From: a virus
Virus record (IMG/VR): IMGVR_UViG_3300033145_000274
Span: 1-64,000 of that record
Direction: 5' to 3' (one strand)
DNA: 64,000 nt
In this document: positions 19,397 to 30,048 of the stretch, in pieces
Layout of the letters: each line of letters begins with the position of its first letter
Numbering within the stretch: position 1 is the stretch's first letter
The notes under the pieces: generated by a model
Databases searched by the model: none
The model's input: the letters and a program-made list of their open reading frames with translations, nothing else
What the model was told of the DNA's origin: nothing
Translations under genes and position numbers: made by a program

Positions 19397-19928
19397 CGCC
19401 GGTCCTCTTCATCATCTGTCGAAAATATCTATTACGTCGAAAACCCCAGGGCTGTGCCTCACCCTCTCGTGCGCAATGAAAATTCCGAATGTTCTTCAAT
19501 TCATCATTAAGCAAGACAGTGGCAGCCCGTTCAAATTTAGCCAATTCAACCATGTAACCAATGACCATACACATGCCCTGTGGGTCGGCAACTTTGATAC
19601 CCAGTTCTCGCCACACACTGGGCTCCCAGTAGGTGCGCAGTCGCATGGTGTCAGTTTGTGGTAGGGTTAATATACCCACACCCTGACATCTAGGACACGT
19701 ACCATGATTTTGAAAGGATATTGGACCACCGGCCTTATATATGTTGGATGAGCGGTTAGTATACGTATCATATATACAGTTGTCACACTCTTCCTTCTTA
19801 GCTGGAAAAACCAATGTACAAGTAGAGCCTAGTTCGCCGTCGATAAATTCGTCAGCAACCCATTCGTGTATATCAAGAACTTCACTAGGAATATCAAAAT
19901 CACCCAATGCTGGAATTCTATCTGCCAT
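19389..19928 (-). CDS. Probable head closure protein with Cys motifs (179 aa)
   Basis: Synteny; CxNC..CPRCxG Zn-finger-like insert; PWGF..RYF C-terminus. Confidence 0.55.
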   Translation of the reverse strand: MADRIPALGDFDIPSEVLDIHEWVADEFIDGELGSTCTLVFPAKKEECDNCIYDTYTNRSSNIYKAGGPISFQNHGTCPRCQGVGILTLPQTDTMRLRTYWEPSVWRELGIKVADPQGMCMVIGYMVELAKFERAATVLLNDELKNIRNFHCAREGEAQPWGFRRNRYFRQMMKRTGGG

Positions 19929-19940
19929 GAGTCGCCACCC

Positions 19941-20129
19941 TTATGATACGACGCCACCATTCCCCATGGAACGTGCGCCCCACTTAGTATTAGCCACGGT
20001 TATGCCACCAGCATCATCAAGTTCACGCCCACCATACGCCTGTGCAGTTCCCTGTTGGCTTACGGTAGCAATACGTGTACCTTCTTTTTGTGCTTCGGCT
20101 GCATCAGATTTTGTTGCTAAAGTAGCCAT
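19941..20129 (-). CDS. Small virion-module hypothetical protein (62 aa)
   Basis: GAGGTG SD, in operon. Confidence 0.6.
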   Translation of the reverse strand: MATLATKSDAAEAQKEGTRIATVSQQGTAQAYGGRELDDAGGITVANTKWGARSMGNGGVVS

Positions 20130-20137
20130 AAATCACC

Positions 20138-20968
20138 TCACTTTACATATTCTTCTCGTGAACCAGGACGGTCTATTTCGTAATGGAAGTCAATTTCTAA
20201 CAAACCAGCATCCCCAGTATAATCATCGTCTTCATGCGTAGCATTACGGAACAAACGACACACCAACATGCTAGATATTGTTTTGCCCGTTCCATCTAGG
20301 TCACCCAATTCCGTCACATAATGACGATTGGCAATTAGTTGCTCGTCTGGCGTAGGGGTACTGCCATATAATGTGGTGGGATTACCAAAGGTTGCGCCCA
20401 TATTAACCCACGTACATTCCAGGCCCCAGCGAACTTGATGCACAGCCTGTACACCACCTATGGCCGGTGTCCAATGCACGTGGACTTCAATGTCCGTTCC
20501 TTCTTTATAGCTATGGGGTATTTGCGCCGTAAAAAACACCTGCTCCATTGTTCCAGGGTCAAAGGATAGCACCTGTAAATCACCCAAAAAGGCTTCCCAA
20601 TCGGGAATGTTTTGCTGGCCTTGTACAGCTATAGCACCCACGGGCACACGCAAGTCTTCCCAATAGGTATCGGCATATGCAATATCAGTAAAGGTGTGGG
20701 CACCGGTCCAAGTATAATCTAATGACTCATCAACTACGCCGGCTTCGCCTTGCTCACCCTGAATACCCTGTATGCCTTGCTCGCCCTGTTCACCTTGCTC
20801 ACCCTGCGCTACACTAAAATCCAAACGACCATTCAACCTATCGGGCTCTTGACCCTCGTAACCCAGGTCTGCATCTGTAATAGCCTTCTCTGGGTCGTAA
20901 TGTATAGCATCCCCATGATTGATAACAATCGGGGCTGGATACACTCGTGCTACATAAGTCGAAGCCAT
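20138..20968 (-). CDS. Collagen-repeat fibre-like protein (276 aa)
   Basis: GEQGEQGEQGIQGIQGEQGEAG Gly-X-Y repeat followed by a globular beta domain. Confidence 0.75.
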   Translation of the reverse strand: MASTYVARVYPAPIVINHGDAIHYDPEKAITDADLGYEGQEPDRLNGRLDFSVAQGEQGEQGEQGIQGIQGEQGEAGVVDESLDYTWTGAHTFTDIAYADTYWEDLRVPVGAIAVQGQQNIPDWEAFLGDLQVLSFDPGTMEQVFFTAQIPHSYKEGTDIEVHVHWTPAIGGVQAVHQVRWGLECTWVNMGATFGNPTTLYGSTPTPDEQLIANRHYVTELGDLDGTGKTISSMLVCRLFRNATHEDDDYTGDAGLLEIDFHYEIDRPGSREEYVK

Positions 20969-20976
20969 AACACGAC

Positions 20977-21300
20977 CTATTCTTCAATGGGAATTTCTGT
21001 TTGTCGTATGGCCACTTCGGCAACCACGACTAACTTATCGCCCTCTGGTACATTATCTACCGTATGACCATCAACCAACAGCTTAACATCAACAATGCCG
21101 GTTACCCCAATCAACGCCGTACGTAATGTAGCATAATCATCAGGTTGCGTAACAGCAGGATTAAGCAAGAGAAGCACAGTAGCATATTTCTGGTCAACAT
21201 CAATGTCAACCAACTTATGATTACGAGCCTTCTTGTTTTGCCAATTCTTACGCATTTGGGCTGCGGTGGGTTGTGGGACAGTATTTGGATTGTCAGACAT
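20977..21300 (-). CDS. Hypothetical protein (107 aa)
   Basis: AAGGAG SD, in operon. Confidence 0.7.
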   Translation of the reverse strand: MSDNPNTVPQPTAAQMRKNWQNKKARNHKLVDIDVDQKYATVLLLLNPAVTQPDDYATLRTALIGVTGIVDVKLLVDGHTVDNVPEGDKLVVVAEVAIRQTEIPIEE

Positions 21301-21331
21301 GATTACTCCTTAAAAAAAACAATTAACTAAA

Positions 21332-21799
21332 TCAGCGGCCAGTGTCGGGACTATTACCAGAGTTGTATGGTCCTACAATGGAACGACCCAAAGAGCCGTC
21401 GCCAACCTGATAATTGAGCTTAGAACGAGAATATGCCACACACGCATTTTCAGCCAAGCCACCAAGATGTTTGGCCCTATCCTTAGTATCAACAAAGGCC
21501 GGGCCATCTTTCACACTAATGGCTTTCTTAGCAGCATCTCGATGCTCACCTTGTGAAATAAGACAAGCAGTTCTCAAAGATACTAGTGCCACAAAATCAT
21601 CATCAGCAGCAGGGTCAGGTGCAATCGAAACAGCATTGATATCAACTGTATATGATGTATCAAAACTCACTTCTTGTATGACCAAAACTGCCGATATAGC
21701 AATGAGTTCTTCTAATCTGGTATCACTATATGAATATGGTTGTACCAGGTCAAAGATAAGACCTCTGACTATGGGAACCATTGTAGTTTTCCACGACAT
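21332..21799 (-). CDS. Probable head-tail adaptor (155 aa)
   Basis: Helical protein, YSDTRLEELI and ISVKDGPAFVD motifs; synteny after capsid genes. Confidence 0.6.
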   Translation of the reverse strand: MSWKTTMVPIVRGLIFDLVQPYSYSDTRLEELIAISAVLVIQEVSFDTSYTVDINAVSIAPDPAADDDFVALVSLRTACLISQGEHRDAAKKAISVKDGPAFVDTKDRAKHLGGLAENACVAYSRSKLNYQVGDGSLGRSIVGPYNSGNSPDTGR

Positions 21800-21801
21800 A
21801 G

Positions 21802-22110
21802 TTATTTGTCTTTCACTGATATAAGACCATCACCTTCAAGAGTTTGGCCTGCATCGGTTACAATTAGTATTTCCAGACGGTATGTATTACCATCTGTGCC
21901 CCCCGACACCCAAAATTCGACCGTACCACCTACCACTACCTCATTATACACCGTAAGGTCCGAAACACTGCCACCACGAAGAGTGTGGGTGACAGAGGTA
22001 ATGGAAAGTATACCTTCATCCGTTGCCAACAACGTGGCAAAACTCATAGTATATTTGCGCACCTCTAAGGGTTGCTTGATAAGTATCTCTGGGGCTGTTA
22101 CTACACTCAT
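21802..22110 (-). CDS. Small beta-sandwich virion protein (102 aa)
   Basis: ATGA overlap with stop of upstream adhesin; VSGGTDGNTYRLEILIVT motif. Confidence 0.6.
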   Translation of the reverse strand: MSVVTAPEILIKQPLEVRKYTMSFATLLATDEGILSITSVTHTLRGGSVSDLTVYNEVVVGGTVEFWVSGGTDGNTYRLEILIVTDAGQTLEGDGLISVKDK

Positions 22111-25100
22111 CTGCCGAGCCTCCATGTAGTTGGTCTATTTGCCAAGGCCAATATAGTATCACGACTTGGCAATGTGAAATAATCTGCTGCATTTGAAACA
22201 ATCGTAAATAACCAATTAAGATTCGTATCAGGGTCATCGTGAGTCCATGGACCAGCCGCAGCAGCAATTGTGGTGAATCCATTGGCATTACTATTATCTA
22301 CATAGCCAACTCCGCTGGCGACTGCCGTGCCGTCCACCCGTAAATACCACGTACCAGTAGATGTAATAGATTGTGCATTGGCAGTAAAATCACCGCCCAC
22401 AGCAAATATAGAACCAACTGGGTCATCAATTACAAAATCCTCCTGCCAGTCCATGTCACCAGTAGTTGTTATATTAAAGCCATTGGAGTCTAATGTGCCA
22501 TCCACCCCTGTGAATGATGCAGGCAACATATTTCCAGTGAGAGTCACCTTTCCTGCTGATTTATTGACCGTGACATCCTCAATAGTTTGCCCCAAAAAAT
22601 CAACGTCTTGGTTGGCCACACCAGTAAATGTTATGCTACCATCGCCACTAGTCCAAGTAAATGTATCACCATCCTTCTCATCAATGATATCGCCCTGAAA
22701 ATCCCACGTGGCAGTATTGCCTGTGTTGTCGATAGTGATGTCGCCGCCGGCACCATCCATATCAACGGTGGTGTTTCCAGTCACGGTTATAGAGGTCAGA
22801 CCAACGGCGTCGATGGTGACGTTGCCGGTGCTGGTAGTCTCAAATTCGAGGGTGCCGACGGTGAAATCACCCGTGATGGTCATGGTGCGATTACTTGCAC
22901 CAGTTTCCAGGAACTTTATCAAACCTGAATAAATACCACCAACAAGTGACGAGTTACCTGACACTTTTAATTCCGCACTGATGTCACCGTCTTGCAGCGT
23001 AACGTTAGACCCCGCCATCCACAGATATCCATTTCCAACTCTGCTAATTGTTGCCCCAGACTGAACCTGAGTTGTTCCACCACCACACAATAGATGCTTA
23101 GAATTCGATATCTCAACTGTAGCGTTAGACTCAAACAGCAATAGCCCATCTATAACGCCCGTATTCGCATCAACTGAATAATTCGAGGATTCTCCAAATG
23201 TTATGCTGTGGGGTCTCTTTGTTGATGAATCACCCGCACCCGCCAACGCATTCGGACTACTCCCCGTCATCACAAATACACCGGTCTCTTTCGTCAGCGT
23301 ATCAATGTTCTGAAAATCAAAATCACCATCAAACGTCCACACAGTCCCCGTCCCGCACGAGATGACATTCCCAGCATCACTCCAATTAACGTCTCCACCA
23401 ACATGCTTAGCATCTGCACTCGCCGTAAGGGTTGAGTCAGTTATCGCCAAATCTCCTGCCATATCAACAGCTTGCAGTTCAACGTCGCAAAACTCCAGCG
23501 TTACGTTACCACTAGTCGTCTTATCAATTGTCAGTTCTGGAACTGTCATACCTTCCAGGTCGATGGTCTGATGGCCTGTACCTCCAAGTTGTAAAGTTCC
23601 AGTGCCAACATTCCAGGTGAAGGTATCGCCGTCTACTTCGTTTATTACATCTCCTTGTAACTCAAACACTCCATCATTGTTAATCGTAATGTCACCGCCA
23701 TTACCGTTCATGTCAATCGTGGTGTTGCCAGTCACGGTCATGGAGGTTAGGCCGGTGGCGTCGATAGTGAGGTTGCCGCTGGAGGTAGTTTGGAATTCGA
23801 TAGTTCCAACAGTAAAATCACCAGTCATAATAGATGTATTATTTACTGCACCATCCACTGAAAATCGCACCCCACCTGAATAATTTCCACCAACCAATTC
23901 ACAAGTGTTTTGGGCAATAAGTAAAGACGCAATGTTTCCGTCCTGCTGAATAACATCGGCACTAACCAAATATACATACCCGCTACCCGGACTGTCGATT
24001 ATCACACCCGATTCAATCTGGACTGTACAGCCAGACGTAGCTCGAATGAATCTACCAGGAGTAGCCAACTCAACTACAGCACCCGACTCAAACAACAGCG
24101 CACCACCTGCTGCCACATTTACCTGTTCCGTAACTTCATAGCTGGAATTCTCGCCAAACGTCAACCCATAGAGTTCAATACCGGCACCACCATTTCCGGC
24201 AATCGTCTTGCCCGTCCCCGTCAACACGAACGTCGCGGTTTCTTCGGCAATCGCTCCAATCAAGTTGAAATCAAAATCACTGTCAAATGTCCACACCGTC
24301 CCCGTCCCACACGAGATATCGTTCCCCGCATCACTCCAGTCTACATCTCCTACAACATGCTTAGCATCAGCGCTGGCCGTAAGGGTTGAATCAGTTATTG
24401 CAAGGTCACCGGCCATATCAACAGCTTGTAATTCAACATCACAAAACTCCAGCGTCACATCGCCGCTGGTCTGCTTGTCGATTGTCAGTTCTGGAACTGT
24501 CATGCCTTCCAGGTCTATAGTCTGATTGCCTGTACCTCCAAGTTGAAGAATTGCACCGCCAACAACCCACAAGAATGTATCTCCTACAACTTGATTGATA
24601 ACATCGCCCTGCAACTCCCACGTTGCTGAACCTCCAGCGTTATCAATCGTAATATCACCACCACCACCATCCATGTCTATCGTAGTGTCTCCAGCCACGG
24701 TCATGGAGTCCATGCCGGTGGCGTCGATGGTGATGTTGCCGGAGGAAGTGGTCTCGAATTCGAGGGTGCCTACGGTGAAGGCACCGGTGATGGCCATCGT
24801 ACGGTTGTTTATACCAGGTTCCAGAAACTTCAAAAGCCCTGAGTAATTGCCGCCAACCATCGAACTGTTACCCTGCATTTGACAGTCAGCACTAATTTCG
24901 CCATCTTGCTGTATGATGTCACCGGTTGCAACCCAGAAAAATCCGCTGCCAGTGCCACTGATTTCCGCTCCGCTTAGAATTGAAGTATCGCCATCCGCTA
25001 GGAAACCTTGCCCGTTGGCGACATCGACAGTTGCCCCTGCTGCCAATATCAAATCAACCGTCCGTGCCGATACTGTTATTTGGTAACTTGAATTCTCAGC

Positions 25101-26450
25101 AAATGTCATATTTGGCAACTTGTCCGCTTCGCCGGTCCCAGCGCCCGCCACCGTATTCGGCCCATTCCCCGTCAGTACAAACACACCGGTTTCCCGTGTC
25201 AACGTCCCAATCGCCGAGAAATCAAAATCTCCATCAAACGTCCAGGTGGCTGCGCCACATGAGATGACATTCCCCGCGTCACTCCAATTAACATCTCCAC
25301 CAACATGCTTGGCGTCGGCACTAGCGGTTAAGGTTGAACCAGTAACCGTCAGGTCACCCGCCATATCAACGTCCTGAAGCTCCAAGTCACCATTAGCCAG
25401 TATTACATCACCACTACTTGTCTTATCTATTACCAAATCCTCGGTGGCTTTACCAGCGAAGTCTATATTCTGAGTTGCGGTCTGGGCTAACGTCATATCA
25501 CCAGCACCCGCATCATATTGAAGTGTGCCACTATCCTCTACCAATGTCACATCACCCCAACACTCAATGTCGGGGTCGTTGGCAACATTGTTGATAATCA
25601 TGTCACCAGCACCCTCATTCCGAAATATCAAATCACCCGTAAATGTATACGACCCATCCAACGTGAAAGTATAATTCAAAGCACTATCATTAGATACTTC
25701 AAACAACGCACATTCGTATACACCCTCAGCCCACACTGAACCCGCCTGGGGTCTCCAGATATGAAACCAAGCTACGTCTATCGTACCATTAGGATTAAAC
25801 GAAGTAATACCTTCACCATTACCAGGCACATGAACAAAATACCTTCCCCCACCCGTGAGACGACCCTGTACCCCAATGGTCGTCTTACACTGACCAATGC
25901 TAGAATATAGCTGACTAGCATCTATTAACAAAGTACCATCAATGGTAGTTATGCCATAGGCTCGCGTAGATGTAACCACCGTAATCACCGCACCGCTCAA
26001 AATCGTAAGGTGATTTATAGCCCTGGCAACATGGCTAGTAATGTTTCCAGTTCCACCCATCACCAACGTCGAGCTACCGCGAATAAACGTCCCCACATTA
26101 TTATTATCAAAATTCCCATTAGTCAACGAAATCGTAGCATCGCCACAATCAAATTCCCCCGCCTGGTCTAATGTGATGTCAGCACCATCATCCATAGTGA
26201 GCGTATGACCACCATTGCCCAGGTCCAGCTTCGCAGCGTAGCCCACCAGAGTAGTCAAACCGCCCCAGGTAATGTCCCCCACCAATGTACACGGATTATC
26301 ACCCCCGCCATCAAACTGGACTTCATCGCCCGTGCCGGGTACAGAACCTCCAGGCACACCACCAGAACCAGTAGTAGACCAATTGACCGCTACCGTAGGG
26401 TCTGTGGGAGACCCTCCGTCAGTACCTAACCACCAATGAGAAATGGCCAT
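22107..26450 (-). CDS. Giant beta-repeat adhesin-like virion protein (1447 aa), paralog of <1..4855
   Basis: Gly/Thr/Asp-rich parallel-beta repeats; ~320-aa module (QDVDMAGDL..ADAKHVGGDVNWSDAGN.ISCG..WTFDGDFDF) repeated three times. Confidence 0.85.
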   Translation of the reverse strand: MAISHWWLGTDGGSPTDPTVAVNWSTTGSGGVPGGSVPGTGDEVQFDGGGDNPCTLVGDITWGGLTTLVGYAAKLDLGNGGHTLTMDDGADITLDQAGEFDCGDATISLTNGNFDNNNVGTFIRGSSTLVMGGTGNITSHVARAINHLTILSGAVITVVTSTRAYGITTIDGTLLIDASQLYSSIGQCKTTIGVQGRLTGGGRYFVHVPGNGEGITSFNPNGTIDVAWFHIWRPQAGSVWAEGVYECALFEVSNDSALNYTFTLDGSYTFTGDLIFRNEGAGDMIINNVANDPDIECWGDVTLVEDSGTLQYDAGAGDMTLAQTATQNIDFAGKATEDLVIDKTSSGDVILANGDLELQDVDMAGDLTVTGSTLTASADAKHVGGDVNWSDAGNVISCGAATWTFDGDFDFSAIGTLTRETGVFVLTGNGPNTVAGAGTGEADKLPNMTFAENSSYQITVSARTVDLILAAGATVDVANGQGFLADGDTSILSGAEISGTGSGFFWVATGDIIQQDGEISADCQMQGNSSMVGGNYSGLLKFLEPGINNRTMAITGAFTVGTLEFETTSSGNITIDATGMDSMTVAGDTTIDMDGGGGDITIDNAGGSATWELQGDVINQVVGDTFLWVVGGAILQLGGTGNQTIDLEGMTVPELTIDKQTSGDVTLEFCDVELQAVDMAGDLAITDSTLTASADAKHVVGDVDWSDAGNDISCGTGTVWTFDSDFDFNLIGAIAEETATFVLTGTGKTIAGNGGAGIELYGLTFGENSSYEVTEQVNVAAGGALLFESGAVVELATPGRFIRATSGCTVQIESGVIIDSPGSGYVYLVSADVIQQDGNIASLLIAQNTCELVGGNYSGGVRFSVDGAVNNTSIMTGDFTVGTIEFQTTSSGNLTIDATGLTSMTVTGNTTIDMNGNGGDITINNDGVFELQGDVINEVDGDTFTWNVGTGTLQLGGTGHQTIDLEGMTVPELTIDKTTSGNVTLEFCDVELQAVDMAGDLAITDSTLTASADAKHVGGDVNWSDAGNVISCGTGTVWTFDGDFDFQNIDTLTKETGVFVMTGSSPNALAGAGDSSTKRPHSITFGESSNYSVDANTGVIDGLLLFESNATVEISNSKHLLCGGGTTQVQSGATISRVGNGYLWMAGSNVTLQDGDISAELKVSGNSSLVGGIYSGLIKFLETGASNRTMTITGDFTVGTLEFETTSTGNVTIDAVGLTSITVTGNTTVDMDGAGGDITIDNTGNTATWDFQGDIIDEKDGDTFTWTSGDGSITFTGVANQDVDFLGQTIEDVTVNKSAGKVTLTGNMLPASFTGVDGTLDSNGFNITTTGDMDWQEDFVIDDPVGSIFAVGGDFTANAQSITSTGTWYLRVDGTAVASGVGYVDNSNANGFTTIAAAAGPWTHDDPDTNLNWLFTIVSNAADYFTLPSRDTILALANRPTTWRLGR

Positions 26451-26466
26451 GTAGGACTTTCTTGCT

Positions 26467-26512
26467 AAAAAAAAGAGTGATGGCGAACGACCATCGCCGT
26501 CGCCATCACTCT
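26467..26512 (-). terminator. Intrinsic terminator after major capsid gene
   Basis: GAGTGATGGCGA / TCGCCATCACTC stem plus A8 on plus strand (U8 in transcript). Confidence 0.85.
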
Positions 26513-26541
26513 ATATTAACATCGTATATGAAGATACTTCC

Positions 26542-27552
26542 TTAGAAGCTCATCAAGATAACTCGACGGTTGTCAAGAACCGCGAAGCCGTGCTCTCCCC
26601 AAGCGTACACACCAGCACGTCGCTGACGGTGAAGAGTTGGGTCGTCATAAACGCTTACCTCTTCACGGACGGGGTTGACAAAGCTGTCATTGGTACGCAA
26701 GTCAAGGCCAACCATCAACTCCACATCACTGGTCTGCAAGTTGCCGCTCAGTTCATTTGTGAAGAAGTTTTGGTATTCTTGACCAACACCAAGCTCATCC
26801 AAGTCGTGTAGGTTTACACCAAAGATACGATTCAGCGTACCGTCTTGGGCTTGGAAGATGTCACGACGAGTAAGCTCGTCAATCTGGTCCACGCCCCAGT
26901 CACGAATGTCCTCGACGCCCTCTGGGCTGAGAAACATATCGGTCAATTGACCACGGTTGATGGAAGTAGAGTTACCACCACCATTACGTCGCATAACCGT
27001 CTTGCCTAAGCTTACCACTCGCTTGGTGAACTGACCAGCGGTTGCAGCGCTGTCATAGACAACGATGTTGCGGTCAGCGCCAGCAGCCAAAATGGTGTGC
27101 CAAGCGTCGTCATTGGTTTTCTTGATAAAGCTGGATTCAAGAACCTGCATAGCACGAGAAACAATATCCCAACGTGCGTCACGGGCATACTTCAGCAACC
27201 AGTCAATGGAACAGCCAACGTCATACGTTGGAACCATTACGAAGTCACCTTCTACGTTACGCTCAGGAATACGTCCCTGATTAGGAATCGTATAGGCAAC
27301 GTAATCTTTTTCAGTACCGGGTTGAACAAAATCCAACGGGAACTCTGGTGCAGCACCAGGAGCCAAACGGACTCGTTCAAAAATACCACCACTAATATCG
27401 CCGGACATAACGCCCTTGCGCAGAGGTGATTCAAGAGCCACCGCCAATTGCTTGGTAGCTGCTGCGGACTGAACTTCGTCCTTTGAGCCACTGTCGCGTA
27501 GCAATTGTGTCATGGCACTCGTGGGTTCAGCCACTTGTGTATTTTCAGCCAT
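26542..27552 (-). CDS. Major capsid protein, HK97 fold (336 aa)
   Basis: Follows protease and decoration genes, strong terminator; typical length and VGxxxEHGFAVLD C-terminus. Confidence 0.85.
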   Translation of the reverse strand: MAENTQVAEPTSAMTQLLRDSGSKDEVQSAAATKQLAVALESPLRKGVMSGDISGGIFERVRLAPGAAPEFPLDFVQPGTEKDYVAYTIPNQGRIPERNVEGDFVMVPTYDVGCSIDWLLKYARDARWDIVSRAMQVLESSFIKKTNDDAWHTILAAGADRNIVVYDSAATAGQFTKRVVSLGKTVMRRNGGGNSTSINRGQLTDMFLSPEGVEDIRDWGVDQIDELTRRDIFQAQDGTLNRIFGVNLHDLDELGVGQEYQNFFTNELSGNLQTSDVELMVGLDLRTNDSFVNPVREEVSVYDDPTLHRQRRAGVYAWGEHGFAVLDNRRVILMSF

Positions 27553-27604
27553 GTTTTTCTCTCCAAATTAAAGTAGTTTCAGTTCATGTTACGCCAGTTG
27601 TAGA

Positions 27605-28114
27605 TTACGTATTATGAGTATCACTCGGTAGTTTGATGTATACCTTAGCGTATCCATCTTCATCCAATGAGGACTCAAAACGCCCAACAACAGGATAATC
27701 AGCACCAGGACCAACGCTAATCGTTAATAGACCACTGGGGCCAAGATAAGCTATCTTGCCAGCGGTAGGTACATGTGCTACGCCAGTAGGAGCATAGAAC
27801 ATATTAGTTACAACCCAACCATCACGCAGCAAGCCCACTTTGGAGCCCTTCTGGTGTTCACTCTTCTGGAAATTCAGATGAGTACGGGTTAGGTCCTTGT
27901 CAACCATGTCATCAAGCAACAGGCCAACGGGATATGAGCCAGACGGGTTGGCAGCATATTCAACTTCAGCAGCTTGCTGGTCGAGAGCCGCACCAGAACC
28001 GGCGGTTTTTAGTACAGTAACACCACCACGTGTGGCTTCTTGGTCCATGAAAAAACTAATTTCAGTGATGGCCAAGTATCGGTCACCTTTTAGAGCCATA
28101 TTAGCAGCCTCCAA
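27605..28114 (-). CDS. Capsid decoration/cement protein (169 aa)
   Basis: Between scaffold and MCP; PxGLLLDD..G.KV.LL..G.V.T pattern of trimeric decoration proteins. Confidence 0.65.
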   Translation of the reverse strand: MEAANMALKGDRYLAITEISFFMDQEATRGGVTVLKTAGSGAALDQQAAEVEYAANPSGSYPVGLLLDDMVDKDLTRTHLNFQKSEHQKGSKVGLLRDGWVVTNMFYAPTGVAHVPTAGKIAYLGPSGLLTISVGPGADYPVVGRFESSLDEDGYAKVYIKLPSDTHNT

Positions 28115-28145
28115 AAAAAATCTGTCTTGTTAAAAGGAAACATGT

Positions 28146-29666
28146 TTACTTACCAGCATCACCGTGCATGGAAGTATCAAGGTAAGCAGCCAACGAGGTC
28201 ATCAACTCGTCCTGAGAAGCTTCGCCCTCATCGGAACCCATAGCTGGGTCCTCATCTGGCTCGGCATTCTCCAGGTCAGCATCACCAGCAGCGGCTTCGC
28301 CCTCTGGGTCAGATTCGGGTTCTTCGCCAGCTTCGGCGTTGCCCTCATCATTCGTGTCGTCTTTAGGGGCCTTGGCCGCCTCAGACTTCATTTCAACTAC
28401 CTTGGCAAACTTGTCGTCGTCAAGGTCATTGAATTCAGCAGCAACCGTTTCGGCATCAGCTTTATCAATACCCTTATCAACTAGAATTGCCACACGGGCA
28501 GTTGTCTTAGCAATGGCTTCAACCTCAGTAAGCTTGGTAGTTGCCTCAGCTAGTTGTGTGTCTACGTCAGCCCTTGCGGCCTCGGCAGTGTCTTTCGCCT
28601 TCACAGCGTCATTGAACGAAGCAGTTAGCTCATCAATTTTCGCCTGTGCAGCCTTCAAATCGGCTTCAAGCGTAGTAATCTCAGCAGATTTCTCAGCCAA
28701 GGCACTTTTTACCTGGGCTTCGCCAAGCTCATCAACCTTCGTATTGGCCGCAGCCAAGTCAGCTTGCAGACCCTTAATTTGGTCTTCCAACTGGCCAGTA
28801 TATTTTTCGTCAGCCATATTCGTCTCTCCCTGTTTTGGGTCTGGGACTAAAATTTGTTCTTGTTCAGATACCGCAATGAAATCCGAAGCAATAACTCCAA
28901 CAAATCGTTTGGTATCATTAACTATGACACTCTCTGGGTTTGCGGGATTTTCCACAAGACCCTTACCACTAAACGTGATGTTCTTCAATACCCTACCGAG
29001 TTTACCACCATTGTATTCACCACACCCGCCATATCTACGCAAGTGTTTAGTAAGAAAGGCAGTAGCATCTGTTCTGGTAACTATTTGCTGTTCCCCATTA
29101 GCGTGGGTCACACCATAATCAAATCCACCAAACAGACACTCCATTGAAACAAACCAATCGCCATTCTTAATACTTTCGATAAGTTCAGCGGCTTCGGCTT
29201 CAAGTGTTTCATCTTTGCTATTGATATGTCGATATACGACAGCACTAGTCAAAATATGAAACTTATCTGGAATATCCTCAAAGGGAATGTCATCGGCAAT
29301 AACTACCAAGTCATCATCAACAACTGTATTCGCCGTAATATGTCCAATAATTTGTCTAGGCTTATGACCAACATTAAAAGGCTTATCTTCTGGTGTCAGT
29401 CTTGCAGCCCATGTTTCTTGACATGTAAAGACATCATCATTGTTATTCCATCCTGTTGACACCAATATAGAGTGAATAGGATACAAATCAAATGTTGTTG
29501 CTTTACCAGCAGCAGCAAAGGCTTGTGCAACGACGGGCTGTTGTAGCAAAACAGCAGGGCTTTTTAGTACAGGACTTAAATAAGCAACCACATTCTGTTG
29601 TGCAACAGGAACCGCCAGACCAGCAGCAATCTCAGCAGCGTATACCGGAATCGGGGATTTGGTCAT
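28146..29666 (-). CDS. Prohead protease fused to coiled-coil scaffold (506 aa)
   Basis: N-domain with H (NVGH), S (VSMEC) and GLVENPANPES motifs; acidic Ala-rich coiled-coil C-terminus. Confidence 0.8.
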   Translation of the reverse strand: MTKSPIPVYAAEIAAGLAVPVAQQNVVAYLSPVLKSPAVLLQQPVVAQAFAAAGKATTFDLYPIHSILVSTGWNNNDDVFTCQETWAARLTPEDKPFNVGHKPRQIIGHITANTVVDDDLVVIADDIPFEDIPDKFHILTSAVVYRHINSKDETLEAEAAELIESIKNGDWFVSMECLFGGFDYGVTHANGEQQIVTRTDATAFLTKHLRRYGGCGEYNGGKLGRVLKNITFSGKGLVENPANPESVIVNDTKRFVGVIASDFIAVSEQEQILVPDPKQGETNMADEKYTGQLEDQIKGLQADLAAANTKVDELGEAQVKSALAEKSAEITTLEADLKAAQAKIDELTASFNDAVKAKDTAEAARADVDTQLAEATTKLTEVEAIAKTTARVAILVDKGIDKADAETVAAEFNDLDDDKFAKVVEMKSEAAKAPKDDTNDEGNAEAGEEPESDPEGEAAAGDADLENAEPDEDPAMGSDEGEASQDELMTSLAAYLDTSMHGDAGK

Positions 29667-29685
29667 TAAACCATCCTCTCACTTT

Positions 29686-29696
29686 GTTATACACCA
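29686..29696 (-). promoter_or_regulatory. Putative late promoter TGGTGTATAAC
   Basis: Intergenic, upstream of protease gene. Confidence 0.6.
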
Positions 29697-29703
29697 TAAA
29701 AAG

Positions 29704-30048
29704 TTAAATGGGGCGTTTTTTAGATGAAAGAAATTCATCAATGTCGTTAGCAGCTTGAGATTTATCATCAATACCGACAAAACCCTTCACGTCATTATAC
29801 ACCTTTTGCCCTGATGCAATAGCAGTTTGCGCTTTATCAGAACCCGCAGCATAGTATGAAACACGCTTGCGAATATCTCCATCCTGTACAGTCACAGTAT
29901 ATATACTAACATCTAATGAAGTTACATTCCCATTGGAATCGCGATAGGAATATACGCTCAGGTCTTCGACATCAGGAATCGACGTACCGTTAATAGAAAC
30001 AGTCAAACCCTTCGTTTCAGTATCAGCACTAATTTGAATTTGAGCCAT
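29704..30048 (-). CDS. Hypothetical protein (114 aa)
   Basis: Start refined to MAQIQIS with GGAGG SD. Confidence 0.7.
   Translation of the reverse strand: MAQIQISADTETKGLTVSINGTSIPDVEDLSVYSYRDSNGNVTSLDVSIYTVTVQDGDIRKRVSYYAAGSDKAQTAIASGQKVYNDVKGFVGIDDKSQAANDIDEFLSSKKRPI

Noticed and set aside
3640-26450. Diversity-generating retroelement TR/VR pair between the adhesins
   Set aside because: No reverse transcriptase in window; differences inspected are not adenine-specific and both copies are coding
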